Below are positions 9,263 through 17,822 of a stretch of 64,000 nt of DNA, in pieces. The DNA comes from Parcubacteria bacterium C7867-004 (GTDB taxonomy: Bacteria; Patescibacteriota; Minisyncoccia; Phycocordibacterales; Phycocordibacteraceae). The DNA lies in NCBI GenBank assembly GCA_001189075.1, contig LFCN01000006.1, positions 460,866-524,865 of the forward strand, given 5' to 3'. The first letter of the stretch is position 1. Each line of letters opens with the position of its first letter. The notes below the pieces were generated by a model that searched no databases, was not told the DNA's origin, and was given only the letters and a program-made list of their open reading frames with translations. Position numbers and translations under genes: made by a program.

Positions 9263-9271
9263 TGGTATCTT
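9263..9271 (+). promoter_or_regulatory. extended -10 (TGgTATCTT) 8 nt upstream of alaS ATG; back-to-back with the pepO -10 (ATATACT on minus strand)
   Basis: The 36-bp intergenic region 9243-9278 carries two divergent -10 elements, each 7-8 nt from its start codon. Confidence 0.4.
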
Positions 9272-9278
9272 CTTACTA

Positions 9279-11195
9279 ATGAAGGTATCAGAGGTCAGGA
9301 AACGATTCCTCGCTTTTTATGAGGCGAGAGGGCACGTGATCATACCCTCGGCACCGATAGTGCCGGGCAATGACCCGACCACGCTTTTCACTTCAAGCGG
9401 TATGCAGCCCTTGTTGCCGTATTTCCTCGGAAAGGATCACCCGGAAGGTAAGCGGGTCGTGAATTCCCAGCTATCCTTCCGTGCGGGCGACATAGAAGAG
9501 GTGGGAGACAACCGTCACACGACGTTCTTCGAGATGCTCGGCAACTGGTCCTTCGGCGACTATTTCAAGCAAGAGCAGCTGCCCTGGATATTCGAATTCC
9601 TTACGAGTCCCGATACCGGATTCGGCATCGACCCTTCGAAACTGTATGTAACGGTATTTTCGGGCGACAAGGAAGCAGGTATCGAGCTTGATACCGAAGC
9701 AATAGATATATGGAAGCGACTCTATAAGGAACAGGGCATCGATGCCGGATTCGCGGACATCGGTTCCGAGGAGCATGGCTACGAGCGCGGCATCAAAGAG
9801 GGCGAGCGCATCTTCGCCTACGAAGCAAAGAAGAACTGGTGGAGCAGGTCAGGCGTACCCGCTAACATGCCTGCGGGAGAGCCGGGCGGACCGGACTCCG
9901 AGCTATTCTATGATTTCGGCACGCCGCATGACCCGAAATGGGGAGCACACTGCCATCCGAACTGCGATTGCGGCCGCTTCGTGGAGATCGGAAACTCCGT
10001 CTTCATGCAGTTCATGAAAAAGGACGACGGCTCGTTCGAGGAGCTGCCCAAGAAGAACATTGATTTCGGCGGCGGGCTCGAGCGTATCGCCATGGCAACC
10101 GTAGGACCGGACATATTCCTCCTCGATATCTTCGACACTGCGCGCAGCGTGCTCGAAGAGCGATCCGGCAAGGCGTACGGCACGGACGCAGCCACTACGC
10201 GGTCGATGCGCATCATCCTCGACCATATGCGCGCAGCATCCTGCATGCTTGCTGAAGGCGTTCTTCCCGCAAACACGGAGGCAGGCTACGTGCTTCGTCG
10301 CCTCGTTCGCCGCTCCATACGAGAAGCAGATCGTCTGGGAATACGGGATGCCGTCCTTGCCGACGTCGCTAAGGGATACGGCGAGGCGTACGCGGATCAC
10401 TACCCGCATATACTCGCGAACGCCGATCGTATACGCGATGAGCTCGCTAAGGAGGAGGCGCAGTTCAGGAAAACCCTCACCAACGGGATGCGGGAGCTTG
10501 AGAAGCTCGCAGGACGTGGATCTATTTCTCCGGAAGAGGTGTTCACGCTCTTCACGACCTACGGCTTCCCAATTGAGCTTACGGAGGAAATCGCGAACGA
10601 ACGCGAAATCGAGCTCGATCTGACCGAAGTGATGAAACTCATGGAAAAGCATCAGGAGACATCACGCGCCGGAGGAGCGCAGCGCTTCGCCGGCGGACTT
10701 GCCGATCATGCCGAGCAGACCGTCCGATATCACACCACCCATCACATCCTTCTGAAAGCGCTTCAGATGGTGCTTGGCGACGAAGTGAAGCAGCGCGGGA
10801 GCAATATCACTTCCGAGCGGCTTCGCATCGATTTCTCTTCGCCCGGCAAGATGACCGACGAGCAGAAAGCGGAAGTAGAGAAGATCGTGAACGAGCTTAT
10901 CTATAAGGATATGCCGGTTACGCGCACGGTTATGCTGCGAGAGGAGGCGGAGAAGCTCGGCGCACAGATGGAGTTCGGCGTGAAGTATCCGGACATGGTT
11001 TCGGTCTATTCGGTCGGTCCGGCTCACGCGACGACCGACGCGCCCGATATCCCAAACGCGTTCTCGCTCGAGTTCTGCGGCGGTCCGCATGTGTCGAACA
11101 CAAGCGAAATCCATGACGGCGACAAGAGATTCAAGATACAGAAAGAAGAAGCGGTCGCTTCAGGCATCCGTCGTATAAAAGCAGTATTGGCGTAG
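9279..11195 (+). CDS. alaS: alanyl-tRNA synthetase, short form (catalytic + editing domains, no C-Ala domain)
   Basis: N-terminal AlaRS catalytic core (FTSSGMQP, WSFGDYFK), editing-domain HxxxH (HTTHHILL) and CGGPHV motifs; 638 aa, ending right after the editing domain. Confidence 0.9.
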   Translation: MKVSEVRKRFLAFYEARGHVIIPSAPIVPGNDPTTLFTSSGMQPLLPYFLGKDHPEGKRVVNSQLSFRAGDIEEVGDNRHTTFFEMLGNWSFGDYFKQEQLPWIFEFLTSPDTGFGIDPSKLYVTVFSGDKEAGIELDTEAIDIWKRLYKEQGIDAGFADIGSEEHGYERGIKEGERIFAYEAKKNWWSRSGVPANMPAGEPGGPDSELFYDFGTPHDPKWGAHCHPNCDCGRFVEIGNSVFMQFMKKDDGSFEELPKKNIDFGGGLERIAMATVGPDIFLLDIFDTARSVLEERSGKAYGTDAATTRSMRIILDHMRAASCMLAEGVLPANTEAGYVLRRLVRRSIREADRLGIRDAVLADVAKGYGEAYADHYPHILANADRIRDELAKEEAQFRKTLTNGMRELEKLAGRGSISPEEVFTLFTTYGFPIELTEEIANEREIELDLTEVMKLMEKHQETSRAGGAQRFAGGLADHAEQTVRYHTTHHILLKALQMVLGDEVKQRGSNITSERLRIDFSSPGKMTDEQKAEVEKIVNELIYKDMPVTRTVMLREEAEKLGAQMEFGVKYPDMVSVYSVGPAHATTDAPDIPNAFSLEFCGGPHVSNTSEIHDGDKRFKIQKEEAVASGIRRIKAVLA

Positions 11196-11231
11196 TAGAG
11201 GAGTACGTGGGTGCGACTGATTATATAGAAA

Positions 11232-11264
11232 AGAAAAAAGGCGACCCGCGAGGATCGCCTTTAG
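11232..11264. terminator. bidirectional terminator (aaaaaaggcga cccgcgagga tcgccttt)
   Basis: Hairpin flanked by A-run and T-run between convergent alaS and the RTX protease gene. Confidence 0.4.
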
Positions 11265-11290
11265 CTCAATGAGATCGTGGGCGGGTAGGG

Positions 11291-13042
11291 TTACCCGAAC
11301 ACGATCCATCCAGCTTGCAAGGAGCTCAGTGCGACACCTTCAAGCACCACGTGTTCGCCCGACCCGAAGGTCAGGACCGTGTCGACCCCCGATTGGGCGG
11401 CCGAATAGGTGATTCCAGCATCCAAGAGGACCTGGTCACCTTGCGAAGCGCTGAAGCCGATGACTCTATCGTCGCTGCCATTGGCAGAGAAATGGAACCT
11501 GTCGGCGCCGTCGCCCCCGGTGAGGGTGTCGTTGCCCTTGTCGCCGGAGAGGTAGTCGTTACCGGCCTCTCCATAGAGGCGGTCGTTATCCTGACCGCCG
11601 TAGATCATGTCGCTGCCGGCCCCGCCATAGACGGTGTCGTTGCCGACGTTGCCGTGCAGCTGGACGTCGTCACCTTCGTCTCCAAAGACAACGTCATCCC
11701 CTTTGCCGCCAAGCACGACGTCAGCGCCAGCATCACCGTGAACGGTGTCGTTGCCGACGTTGCCGTTGATGCTGTCGTTGCCGTTCAGACCGCTAACGTA
11801 GTCATTTCCGTCAGCGCCCCAGAGGACGTTATCGGAAACGTTACCGATGATGCTGTCGTTGCCGGAGCCGCCGACGGCATTCTCGATCACTGTCGTGAGC
11901 GAGATGCCGATGTTGCCCTGGTAGCCGCCGACGGAAGAGAATCCGCCGGACGAAAGGTCCAGGGTTTGCGACATGGCGTACAGCGAGGCATCGAGGGTGT
12001 CGATGCCGCCTGCGTCGTAGATCGTGAACGCGACGCGCGGCCCATAGGTAGCGAAGTCGAAGAACGAGCCTACCGTGCTGTGGAAGCCGTAGGTCGAATT
12101 GCCCGTACGGGTCGTAGTGTTGACCCCGTACAGCATCTGCAACGCGACGATGTCGGCCATCTGAGGCGTGAGGATGCTGTTGTGCAGATCCGCGCCCATC
12201 CAACCGAAATCACTCAGCACCGAGAATTGCAGTCCGTCGTTGGCGAACACGTTGCTCACCCCGTACTGGGGCGAAGCGTTGTACGGGCCGGGATGCCCAA
12301 GACCAAGCGCATGCCCGAGTTCGTGCAGATTGATCTGGAACACCATCGAGTTGAACGACGATCCGGTAACGAAGTCGCTACTGATCGTGATCTTGCCGTT
12401 CCCACCAGTCGCGATCCCCGTCCCCTTGTTGGAGTAGACGATATCTGCGCCCGCGGCATTCGCCACGGACGTGAAGTTGATGTTCGCGACGTCGCTGAAC
12501 ACCTCCTGCGCCTTCTGAGCGTACATTTGCTCGACGGGCGTCAGGTCCGCATAGAAGACCGTGAGGTTCAGTTTCGTGAACGGGTGCAAGATCGACTTCC
12601 AGAAGTCGCCGATCATCATGGCAGCCATTTCAGTTGCCGAGACGTACGGCTTCGCGGCGACCAGGTAAGTGCCGGTCGCAGCCGCGTTCGAAGAACGCGC
12701 TTCGAGGAAGAAGTCGCCCGATGAGCCAGCGGTGTAGTTGATGAACGGGTTGGCGCCGACCGTGTAATCGGCCGCCGCAACCACGTTGCCGAGAGAATCC
12801 CGGAGAGTGATGGCAGGACGGTTCAAGGTCCCGCCAGGAGGGCCGGTATTCGTCTGCACGTCGCCGCCGATAGAGAGGAGGTACCGCTGCCCTTGGGTAA
12901 GGGTAATGCGGAACCAGTCGGTATCGCCGCCGAACTGCACGTTGCCGGTCATCGATCCACCGATGGCAATCCGTCCGGATGTGGTGAAGTCGTTGTCGAA
13001 ATCGTCGCCAGCAATGGCGGCGTTCGTCATTGCAAGGTACAT
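11291..13042 (-). CDS. serralysin-like (M10B) zinc metalloprotease with RTX calcium-binding beta-roll repeats
   Basis: Metzincin motif HELGHALGLGH (HExxHxxGxxH); C-terminal tandem GGxGxDxUx nonapeptide repeats (GNDSINGNVGNDTVHGDAGADVVLGGKGDD...) typical of type-I-secreted RTX proteins; no N-terminal signal peptide. Start set at the internal ATG (MYLAMTNA...), which has an AAGGAG SD 7 nt upstream; the track ORF extends to 13195. Confidence 0.8.
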   Translation of the reverse strand: MYLAMTNAAIAGDDFDNDFTTSGRIAIGGSMTGNVQFGGDTDWFRITLTQGQRYLLSIGGDVQTNTGPPGGTLNRPAITLRDSLGNVVAAADYTVGANPFINYTAGSSGDFFLEARSSNAAATGTYLVAAKPYVSATEMAAMMIGDFWKSILHPFTKLNLTVFYADLTPVEQMYAQKAQEVFSDVANINFTSVANAAGADIVYSNKGTGIATGGNGKITISSDFVTGSSFNSMVFQINLHELGHALGLGHPGPYNASPQYGVSNVFANDGLQFSVLSDFGWMGADLHNSILTPQMADIVALQMLYGVNTTTRTGNSTYGFHSTVGSFFDFATYGPRVAFTIYDAGGIDTLDASLYAMSQTLDLSSGGFSSVGGYQGNIGISLTTVIENAVGGSGNDSIIGNVSDNVLWGADGNDYVSGLNGNDSINGNVGNDTVHGDAGADVVLGGKGDDVVFGDEGDDVQLHGNVGNDTVYGGAGSDMIYGGQDNDRLYGEAGNDYLSGDKGNDTLTGGDGADRFHFSANGSDDRVIGFSASQGDQVLLDAGITYSAAQSGVDTVLTFGSGEHVVLEGVALSSLQAGWIVFG

Positions 13043-13231
13043 ATTCGATCTCCTTTGACCGTATTGGGTCGCTAGACCCGCAAGTATCGAATGTGGGCTC
13101 TTTTTACCACGTATTAAACGTATTGTCGAGAATGTTATCCCCATATGCAGAGAGATGCTGCAAGACCACCCGACCCGCGATCCGCAGCTGAACATGCGCA
13201 GGATTCAGGCACCGATTGAACTGGAACGCCC

Positions 13232-13240
13232 TGGTATACT
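13232..13240 (+). promoter_or_regulatory. extended -10 TGgTATACT, ~10 nt upstream of ATG at 13250
   Basis: Read directly. Confidence 0.4.
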
Positions 13241-13249
13241 CTATCTACT

Positions 13250-14443
13250 ATGGGTCTTTTTTCATTCGGTAAGAAAACTGAATCGATAGCGCTGATCGAT
13301 ATCGGTTCCGGCTCTATCGGTGGCGGGTACGCGCACTTCTCGGAGGGAGCTATACCCGTCATGTATTACAGCGTGCGCATCCCCATAGAAGCTGCCGAGG
13401 GAGAGGAATTGACCGATGCGATGCTTCGGACACTTCTAACGGTCGAACAGTTACTGACTCATGAAGGAGCGCCCGCGATGCGACGCGAGACCGGCAGCGG
13501 CCATGCCGACCGTATCCTCGTATCACTCGGAGCACCCTGGCAGGAGACGAAGGTGGTCACGAAGCATATCCAGCAACCACACCCGTTCCTTATCACGCCC
13601 GCACTCCTTACGAACGCAGCTAACGAAATAGCGGGAGATCAGCCTGGTCGAGTCGAGTCGGGACGTTCGGTCATAGCGACCATCCTTAACGGGTACGAGA
13701 TAGGGGAGCCGTTCGGAAAGCGTGCGAACCGTGCGGACTTCGTAATCCTTTCCTCGAGCGTCGATAAGAGAGCGCACGACGCGGTGCGCAAATCGCTCCG
13801 GCACGCGTTCCATGCGCACGATATTGAGGTTACTGCCTTCGCTCCTGCTGCGTACGCGGTATTCCGCGACCTCTATCCACACCAGAAGGATTTCATTATC
13901 CTCGACGTATCCGGAGCAGCAACCGACGCCGCCTTCGTAAAGCGGGGACTGCTTTCGGGCGTCACATCCGTGCCGCACGGACTCGATAACCTTTTCAAGG
14001 CTTCCCGAGAAGCGGCGCAATCGGCAGCTCCTGCCGCCTCAGCGATTAACTTGCTTGATAAGAGCGGGAGCGACGAGTTCACGGCTCGATCAGCAGAGGC
14101 ACAGCGTGAATGGCTCGGGGGATTACGCGACGTGTTCGCTGCCTTCGCAGCCGAGCAGGCGCTCCCGCGAACGCTCTTTCTCATGGCTGACGACGGCGCC
14201 CGTGATTTCCTCAAGCGCATTCTTGAATCCAGCGAACTGCGGAGCCTGTGGCTGAGCGAAGAACCGCTCTCGATCGTTCCGGTCTCTTCGCAGAACCTTT
14301 CGACCCGCGTGAGCGCTCGCGGACTTGCAACTGCCGATCTGTTTCTCGGTATCCTCGCACTCTTTCACGCAAAGGGCGCAGGTGAGCTGCCTCCGGATGA
14401 GAGCACCGAAGACGTGCCTGTTATACACGAAACTGAAGCATAG
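13250..14443 (+). CDS. actin-like ATPase fold protein (PilM/FtsA superfamily), hypothetical
   Basis: N-terminal IALIDIGSGSIGG phosphate-1-like motif and a later ILDVSGAATDAAFV (phosphate-2/adenosine-like) segment typical of the actin/HSP70 fold, as in PilM/FtsA; no specific family call possible. Confidence 0.45.
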   Translation: MGLFSFGKKTESIALIDIGSGSIGGGYAHFSEGAIPVMYYSVRIPIEAAEGEELTDAMLRTLLTVEQLLTHEGAPAMRRETGSGHADRILVSLGAPWQETKVVTKHIQQPHPFLITPALLTNAANEIAGDQPGRVESGRSVIATILNGYEIGEPFGKRANRADFVILSSSVDKRAHDAVRKSLRHAFHAHDIEVTAFAPAAYAVFRDLYPHQKDFIILDVSGAATDAAFVKRGLLSGVTSVPHGLDNLFKASREAAQSAAPAASAINLLDKSGSDEFTARSAEAQREWLGGLRDVFAAFAAEQALPRTLFLMADDGARDFLKRILESSELRSLWLSEEPLSIVPVSSQNLSTRVSARGLATADLFLGILALFHAKGAGELPPDESTEDVPVIHETEA

Positions 14444-14535
14444 GAGCGTGGTTATACCCACGCGCGTCTTTCGTAGCCGTAAAGGTTGTATACTTGTGTA
14501 CATAGTAAGGGCATAGACGCTTTCTGATAGTTTTC

Positions 14536-15840
14536 ATGAACAAGAACCTGAACGACATCATCCCGCCGTCGCGCCGACGCATTCTCGAAGAATCCGGTGC
14601 GCTTCCTCCGCAAGCTCCAGTTAGCATGCCAACGCCCGCACCTGCACCCATGGCAATGCACGACGACCATGCTCCATCCCCGAGTAGCTACACCCGCTCG
14701 ATGTCTCCGCGCGGAGGTCGTTCGTTCCCGTACGGAACCCTTATCGCCGCACTCGTCGTTATCGGCCTTTCGGTCGGAGCGCTATTCGCGTTCTCCGGAG
14801 CCAAGGTGAACATTACTCCCGCCATGAACACCGTGACAGTAGCGGGTGATTTCATCTCCACACTCTCAACAGGGGATCTTCCGTTTGAGGTCATTACCGT
14901 AGAGAAGGTCGCGACCGCGAACGTCGATAGTGAGGGTACTGAGACGGTTAATCAGGCGGCACAGGGTGCTATTACCATCATGAACAAGCAGCCGAATTCT
15001 CAGCAGCTCATCAAGAACACCCGTTTCCAGACCCCTGACGGCCTGGTGTTCCGCATTCGGGATTCCGTGACCATTCCGGCGAGCAAGAACGGCACTCCCG
15101 GCGCAATAAAGACCAATGTATACGCTGACGCGGCTGGCGAGCAGTATAATGTTGGGGCAACGACCTTTACAGTTCCCGGTCTTAAAGGCAACGCTAGCTT
15201 CGATCTCGTAACGGCAGTATCCGATGAGCCGATGAAAGGAGGGTTCGCTGGTCCGCGTCCGAACATCGGCCAGGCAACCCGTGAGGCGACTACCGCGAAG
15301 CTCAAGGAATCACTCGCCCCGGACATCGAGAAGGAACTCGCAGATAAGGTCCAGGAGGGCTACGTGCTCTTGAATGGAGCAAGCCGTGTAACCTACACCG
15401 ATGAACCGGACTCAGCCGCAGCGGGAGGAAAAGTAACCATCGGCGCAAAGGCAGTGGCAACCGCGGTCGTATTCCCGGAAGCAGCGCTCGCTCGCGCAAT
15501 CGCATACCAGACCATCGGAAGCTATTCCGGTCAGGATGTCGAGCTCGGTGATCAGAAGGGGCTTACCCTTACGCCAACCGGAGACCTTCCGAGCGCCGGA
15601 ACGGCAGAGTTCCCGTTCTCGCTTGCCGGCAACAGCGTTATCGTCTGGACCGTCGACACTGCAAAGATCGCAGGAGCGGTTTCAGGAAAGGGTCGCGACG
15701 CCGCACAGAGTATCCTTGCCGGGTTCCCAGAAGTTGAAATGGCCCAGTTAGTACTTCGTCCCTTCTGGTCCAGCACCTTCCCCCAGGACCCGGCGAAGAT
15801 AAATGTCTCGGTCTCCTCGTCCGAAACCTCTAAAAAGTAG
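14536..15840 (+). CDS. single-pass membrane protein with Pro-rich cytoplasmic N-terminus and large extracytoplasmic domain, hypothetical
   Basis: One TM helix (LIAALVVIGLSVGALFAF) about 65 aa from the N-terminus; remainder Thr/Val-rich, probably beta-rich; co-oriented 93 nt after the actin-like ATPase gene. Confidence 0.45.
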   Translation: MNKNLNDIIPPSRRRILEESGALPPQAPVSMPTPAPAPMAMHDDHAPSPSSYTRSMSPRGGRSFPYGTLIAALVVIGLSVGALFAFSGAKVNITPAMNTVTVAGDFISTLSTGDLPFEVITVEKVATANVDSEGTETVNQAAQGAITIMNKQPNSQQLIKNTRFQTPDGLVFRIRDSVTIPASKNGTPGAIKTNVYADAAGEQYNVGATTFTVPGLKGNASFDLVTAVSDEPMKGGFAGPRPNIGQATREATTAKLKESLAPDIEKELADKVQEGYVLLNGASRVTYTDEPDSAAAGGKVTIGAKAVATAVVFPEAALARAIAYQTIGSYSGQDVELGDQKGLTLTPTGDLPSAGTAEFPFSLAGNSVIVWTVDTAKIAGAVSGKGRDAAQSILAGFPEVEMAQLVLRPFWSSTFPQDPAKINVSVSSSETSKK

Positions 15841-15870
15841 GGTACTGAACCCCTTATTCCGCCCCTACTG

Positions 15871-15899
15871 TTGACGCTTTAGGCCGTACTTGGTAGGAT
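15871..15899 (+). promoter_or_regulatory. sigma-70-like promoter TTGACG-17nt-TAGGAT upstream of infA
   Basis: Read directly; -10 ends ~13 nt before the infA ATG. Confidence 0.5.
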
Positions 15900-15912
15900 A
15901 CGAGAGCTTCAC

Positions 15913-16131
15913 ATGGAGGTAAGTAAAGACGAAGAACCCGCGACGGGCACTGTTGAAGAAGTGCTCCCGAATTCCTTATTCAGGGTTCGGATGCCGTCGG
16001 GCGATCTTCTGCTCGCATACCTTGCAGGCAAGATGCGGTTGCATCGCATACGCGTATTGGTCGGCGACCGGGTAGAACTGGTTATCGATCCGTATGGCGG
16101 GCGGGCACGCATCGTGAGGCGACTTAGTTAA
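15913..16131 (+). CDS. infA: translation initiation factor IF-1
   Basis: S1-like OB fold with IF-1 signature (GKMRLHRIRVLVGDRVELVIDPYGGRARIVRR). Confidence 0.9.
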   Translation: MEVSKDEEPATGTVEEVLPNSLFRVRMPSGDLLLAYLAGKMRLHRIRVLVGDRVELVIDPYGGRARIVRRLS

Positions 16132-16142
16132 TACGATAAACG

Positions 16143-16259
16143 ATGAAAGTACGCGCATCAATCAAGGTCCAGCAGCCTGGAGACATCATCGTCCGTCGTC
16201 GCGGGCGTCTCTATCGTATCAACAAGCGCAATCCACGCCGCAAGGCTCGCCAGGGCTAA
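16143..16259 (+). CDS. rpmJ: ribosomal protein L36 (bL36), cysteine-free zinc-independent form; 38 aa, not in the ORF track
   Basis: Hand translation [38 protein letters not shown]. It shares the MKVRAS N-terminus, central RRxGR and C-terminal K(A/Q)RQG with L36, but all four Zn ligands (C,C,C,H) are replaced (Q/P, D, N, R). It sits in the canonical slot between infA and rpsM. Confidence 0.75.
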   Translation: MKVRASIKVQQPGDIIVRRRGRLYRINKRNPRRKARQG

Positions 16260-16305
16260 TTTCGTACCGTTTTACTACCATCCAACAAGACTCTCACTTC
16301 TACCT

Positions 16306-16686
16306 ATGCGTATCGCCGGTGTAACCCTTCCTGATGACAAGCAGCTCGCGTACTCGCTGCCGCTGATTTTCGGCATCGGTCCGACACGCGCACTTTCAAT
16401 TCTTAAGGAGGCGGGTATCAAGCCTACCCGCAAGGGCTCCGATCTCTCTGCAGACGAGGAGCAGCAGATCCGTCTTCTCGCTGAGGCCTACACTATTGAG
16501 GGTGAGCTCCGCCGTGAGGAAGGGAACAACGTAAAGCGCCTCAAGGACATCCGCTCCAAGCGCGGCATGCGTCATGAGCGCCGTCTTCCGGCTCGCAATC
16601 AGCGCACCAAGACTAACTCCCGCACCGTACGTGGAAACACCCGTAAGACTATGGGTTCGGGTCGCCGCACGCTTGAGAAGACATAA
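16306..16686 (+). CDS. rpsM: ribosomal protein S13
   Basis: MRIAGVTLP start and basic C-terminus characteristic of uS13. Confidence 0.95.
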   Translation: MRIAGVTLPDDKQLAYSLPLIFGIGPTRALSILKEAGIKPTRKGSDLSADEEQQIRLLAEAYTIEGELRREEGNNVKRLKDIRSKRGMRHERRLPARNQRTKTNSRTVRGNTRKTMGSGRRTLEKT

Positions 16687-16712
16687 TCCGCTGCTTTCAC
16701 TACTAATTTCCT

Positions 16713-17147
16713 ATGGGTAAGAAACGAATCATCAAGAAGAGCGGAAAGGGCATGGACCATGGCCGCAAGGAGCGCGCCCTGTCTAAGGCAGTCAAGAAGC
16801 GCCTTGAGCGGGGTGTTCTGCATGTTGAAGCGACCTTCAACAACACGAAGGCGGTCCTTACCGACGACGCAGGCAACGCGATCATGTCGAGCTCGTCCGG
16901 CGCACTCGGCTTCTCCGGCGCTCGCAAGTCGACTCCGTACGCTGCCGCTAAGGTCGGCGAACTCCTCGGCGAGAAGGCTGCGTTCATCGGCCTCAAGGAG
17001 GCTTCGGTTGTCATTCGCGGCATCGGTGCCGGTCGCGAGTCAGCACTCCGTGCATTCGCGAGCAAGGGGATCGCAATCCGCTCCATTAAGGACGCTACCC
17101 CGGTCCCGCACAACGGCCCTCGCCCTAAGAAAGCTCGTCGCGTATAG
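16713..17147 (+). CDS. rpsK: ribosomal protein S11
   Basis: uS11 core (VLHVEATFNNTKAVLTD...SSGALGFSGARKSTPYAA). Confidence 0.95.
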   Translation: MGKKRIIKKSGKGMDHGRKERALSKAVKKRLERGVLHVEATFNNTKAVLTDDAGNAIMSSSSGALGFSGARKSTPYAAAKVGELLGEKAAFIGLKEASVVIRGIGAGRESALRAFASKGIAIRSIKDATPVPHNGPRPKKARRV

Positions 17148-17174
17148 TCTCTCGTCTTTCCTCACACCTTACAC

Positions 17175-17792
17175 ATGAAAATCGGACCTAAGTACAAGAT
17201 AGCAAAGCGCCTCGGAGCATCGGTCTTCGAGAAGACGCAGACCCAGAAATTCGCTATAGCGGAAGAGCGTTCTGCACGTAACAAGAAGAGCGGCCGTCGT
17301 GGCAATCAGACCGAGTACTCGAAGCAGCTGCTTGAGAAGCAGAAGGTCCGCATGACCTACGGCCTCTCGGAGCGCCAGTTCAGCAATTATGTCGAGACCG
17401 CCGTCCACACCCATGGACAGGTTCCGACCGAGACCCTCCACAAGCTTCTCGAGATGCGCCTCGACAACGTCCTCTACCGCCTCGGCCTTGCGCCGACTCG
17501 CCGTGCAGCTCGCCAGATGGCCAGCCACGGTCACATCACCGTGAATGGCGTGAAGACCACCATCCCTTCCCGCGCTATGCGCATCGGCGACGTTATCGGC
17601 GTCCGCGAGGGCTCGAAGAGCGCCATCCTCTTCGAGAACTTCGAGGAGAAGTTCCGCGAACGCCCGACGCTTGCGTCATGGCTTACGTGGGATCCGAAGA
17701 AGATGGAGGGAGGTATCCAGGAACTGCCGACCGCAGAGGCGGCATCTCCTGCAGGCGACCTCGTCATGGTGCTCTCGTTCTACAGCCGTTAA
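17175..17792 (+). CDS. rpsD: ribosomal protein S4
   Basis: uS4 N-terminal Arg/Lys-rich region and S4 RNA-binding domain (LDNVLYRLGLAPTRRAARQMASHGHITVNG). Confidence 0.95.
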   Translation: MKIGPKYKIAKRLGASVFEKTQTQKFAIAEERSARNKKSGRRGNQTEYSKQLLEKQKVRMTYGLSERQFSNYVETAVHTHGQVPTETLHKLLEMRLDNVLYRLGLAPTRRAARQMASHGHITVNGVKTTIPSRAMRIGDVIGVREGSKSAILFENFEEKFRERPTLASWLTWDPKKMEGGIQELPTAEAASPAGDLVMVLSFYSR

Positions 17793-17822
17793 TTTACTAG
17801 GTACTGGTTAATCGATTGAGTC

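Noticed and set aside
11315-12724. 469-aa + strand ORF antisense to the RTX protease gene
   Set aside because: Mirror ORF of a GC-rich gene with extreme Arg/Ala/Val/Gly composition, no start signals, and it fully overlaps a gene that has clear catalytic motifs. The same logic rejects the antisense ORFs 9903..10652 (alaS), 22956..23603 (dnaK), 36703..37653 (trpS), 38507..39238 (aspS) and 42158..42958 (uppP).
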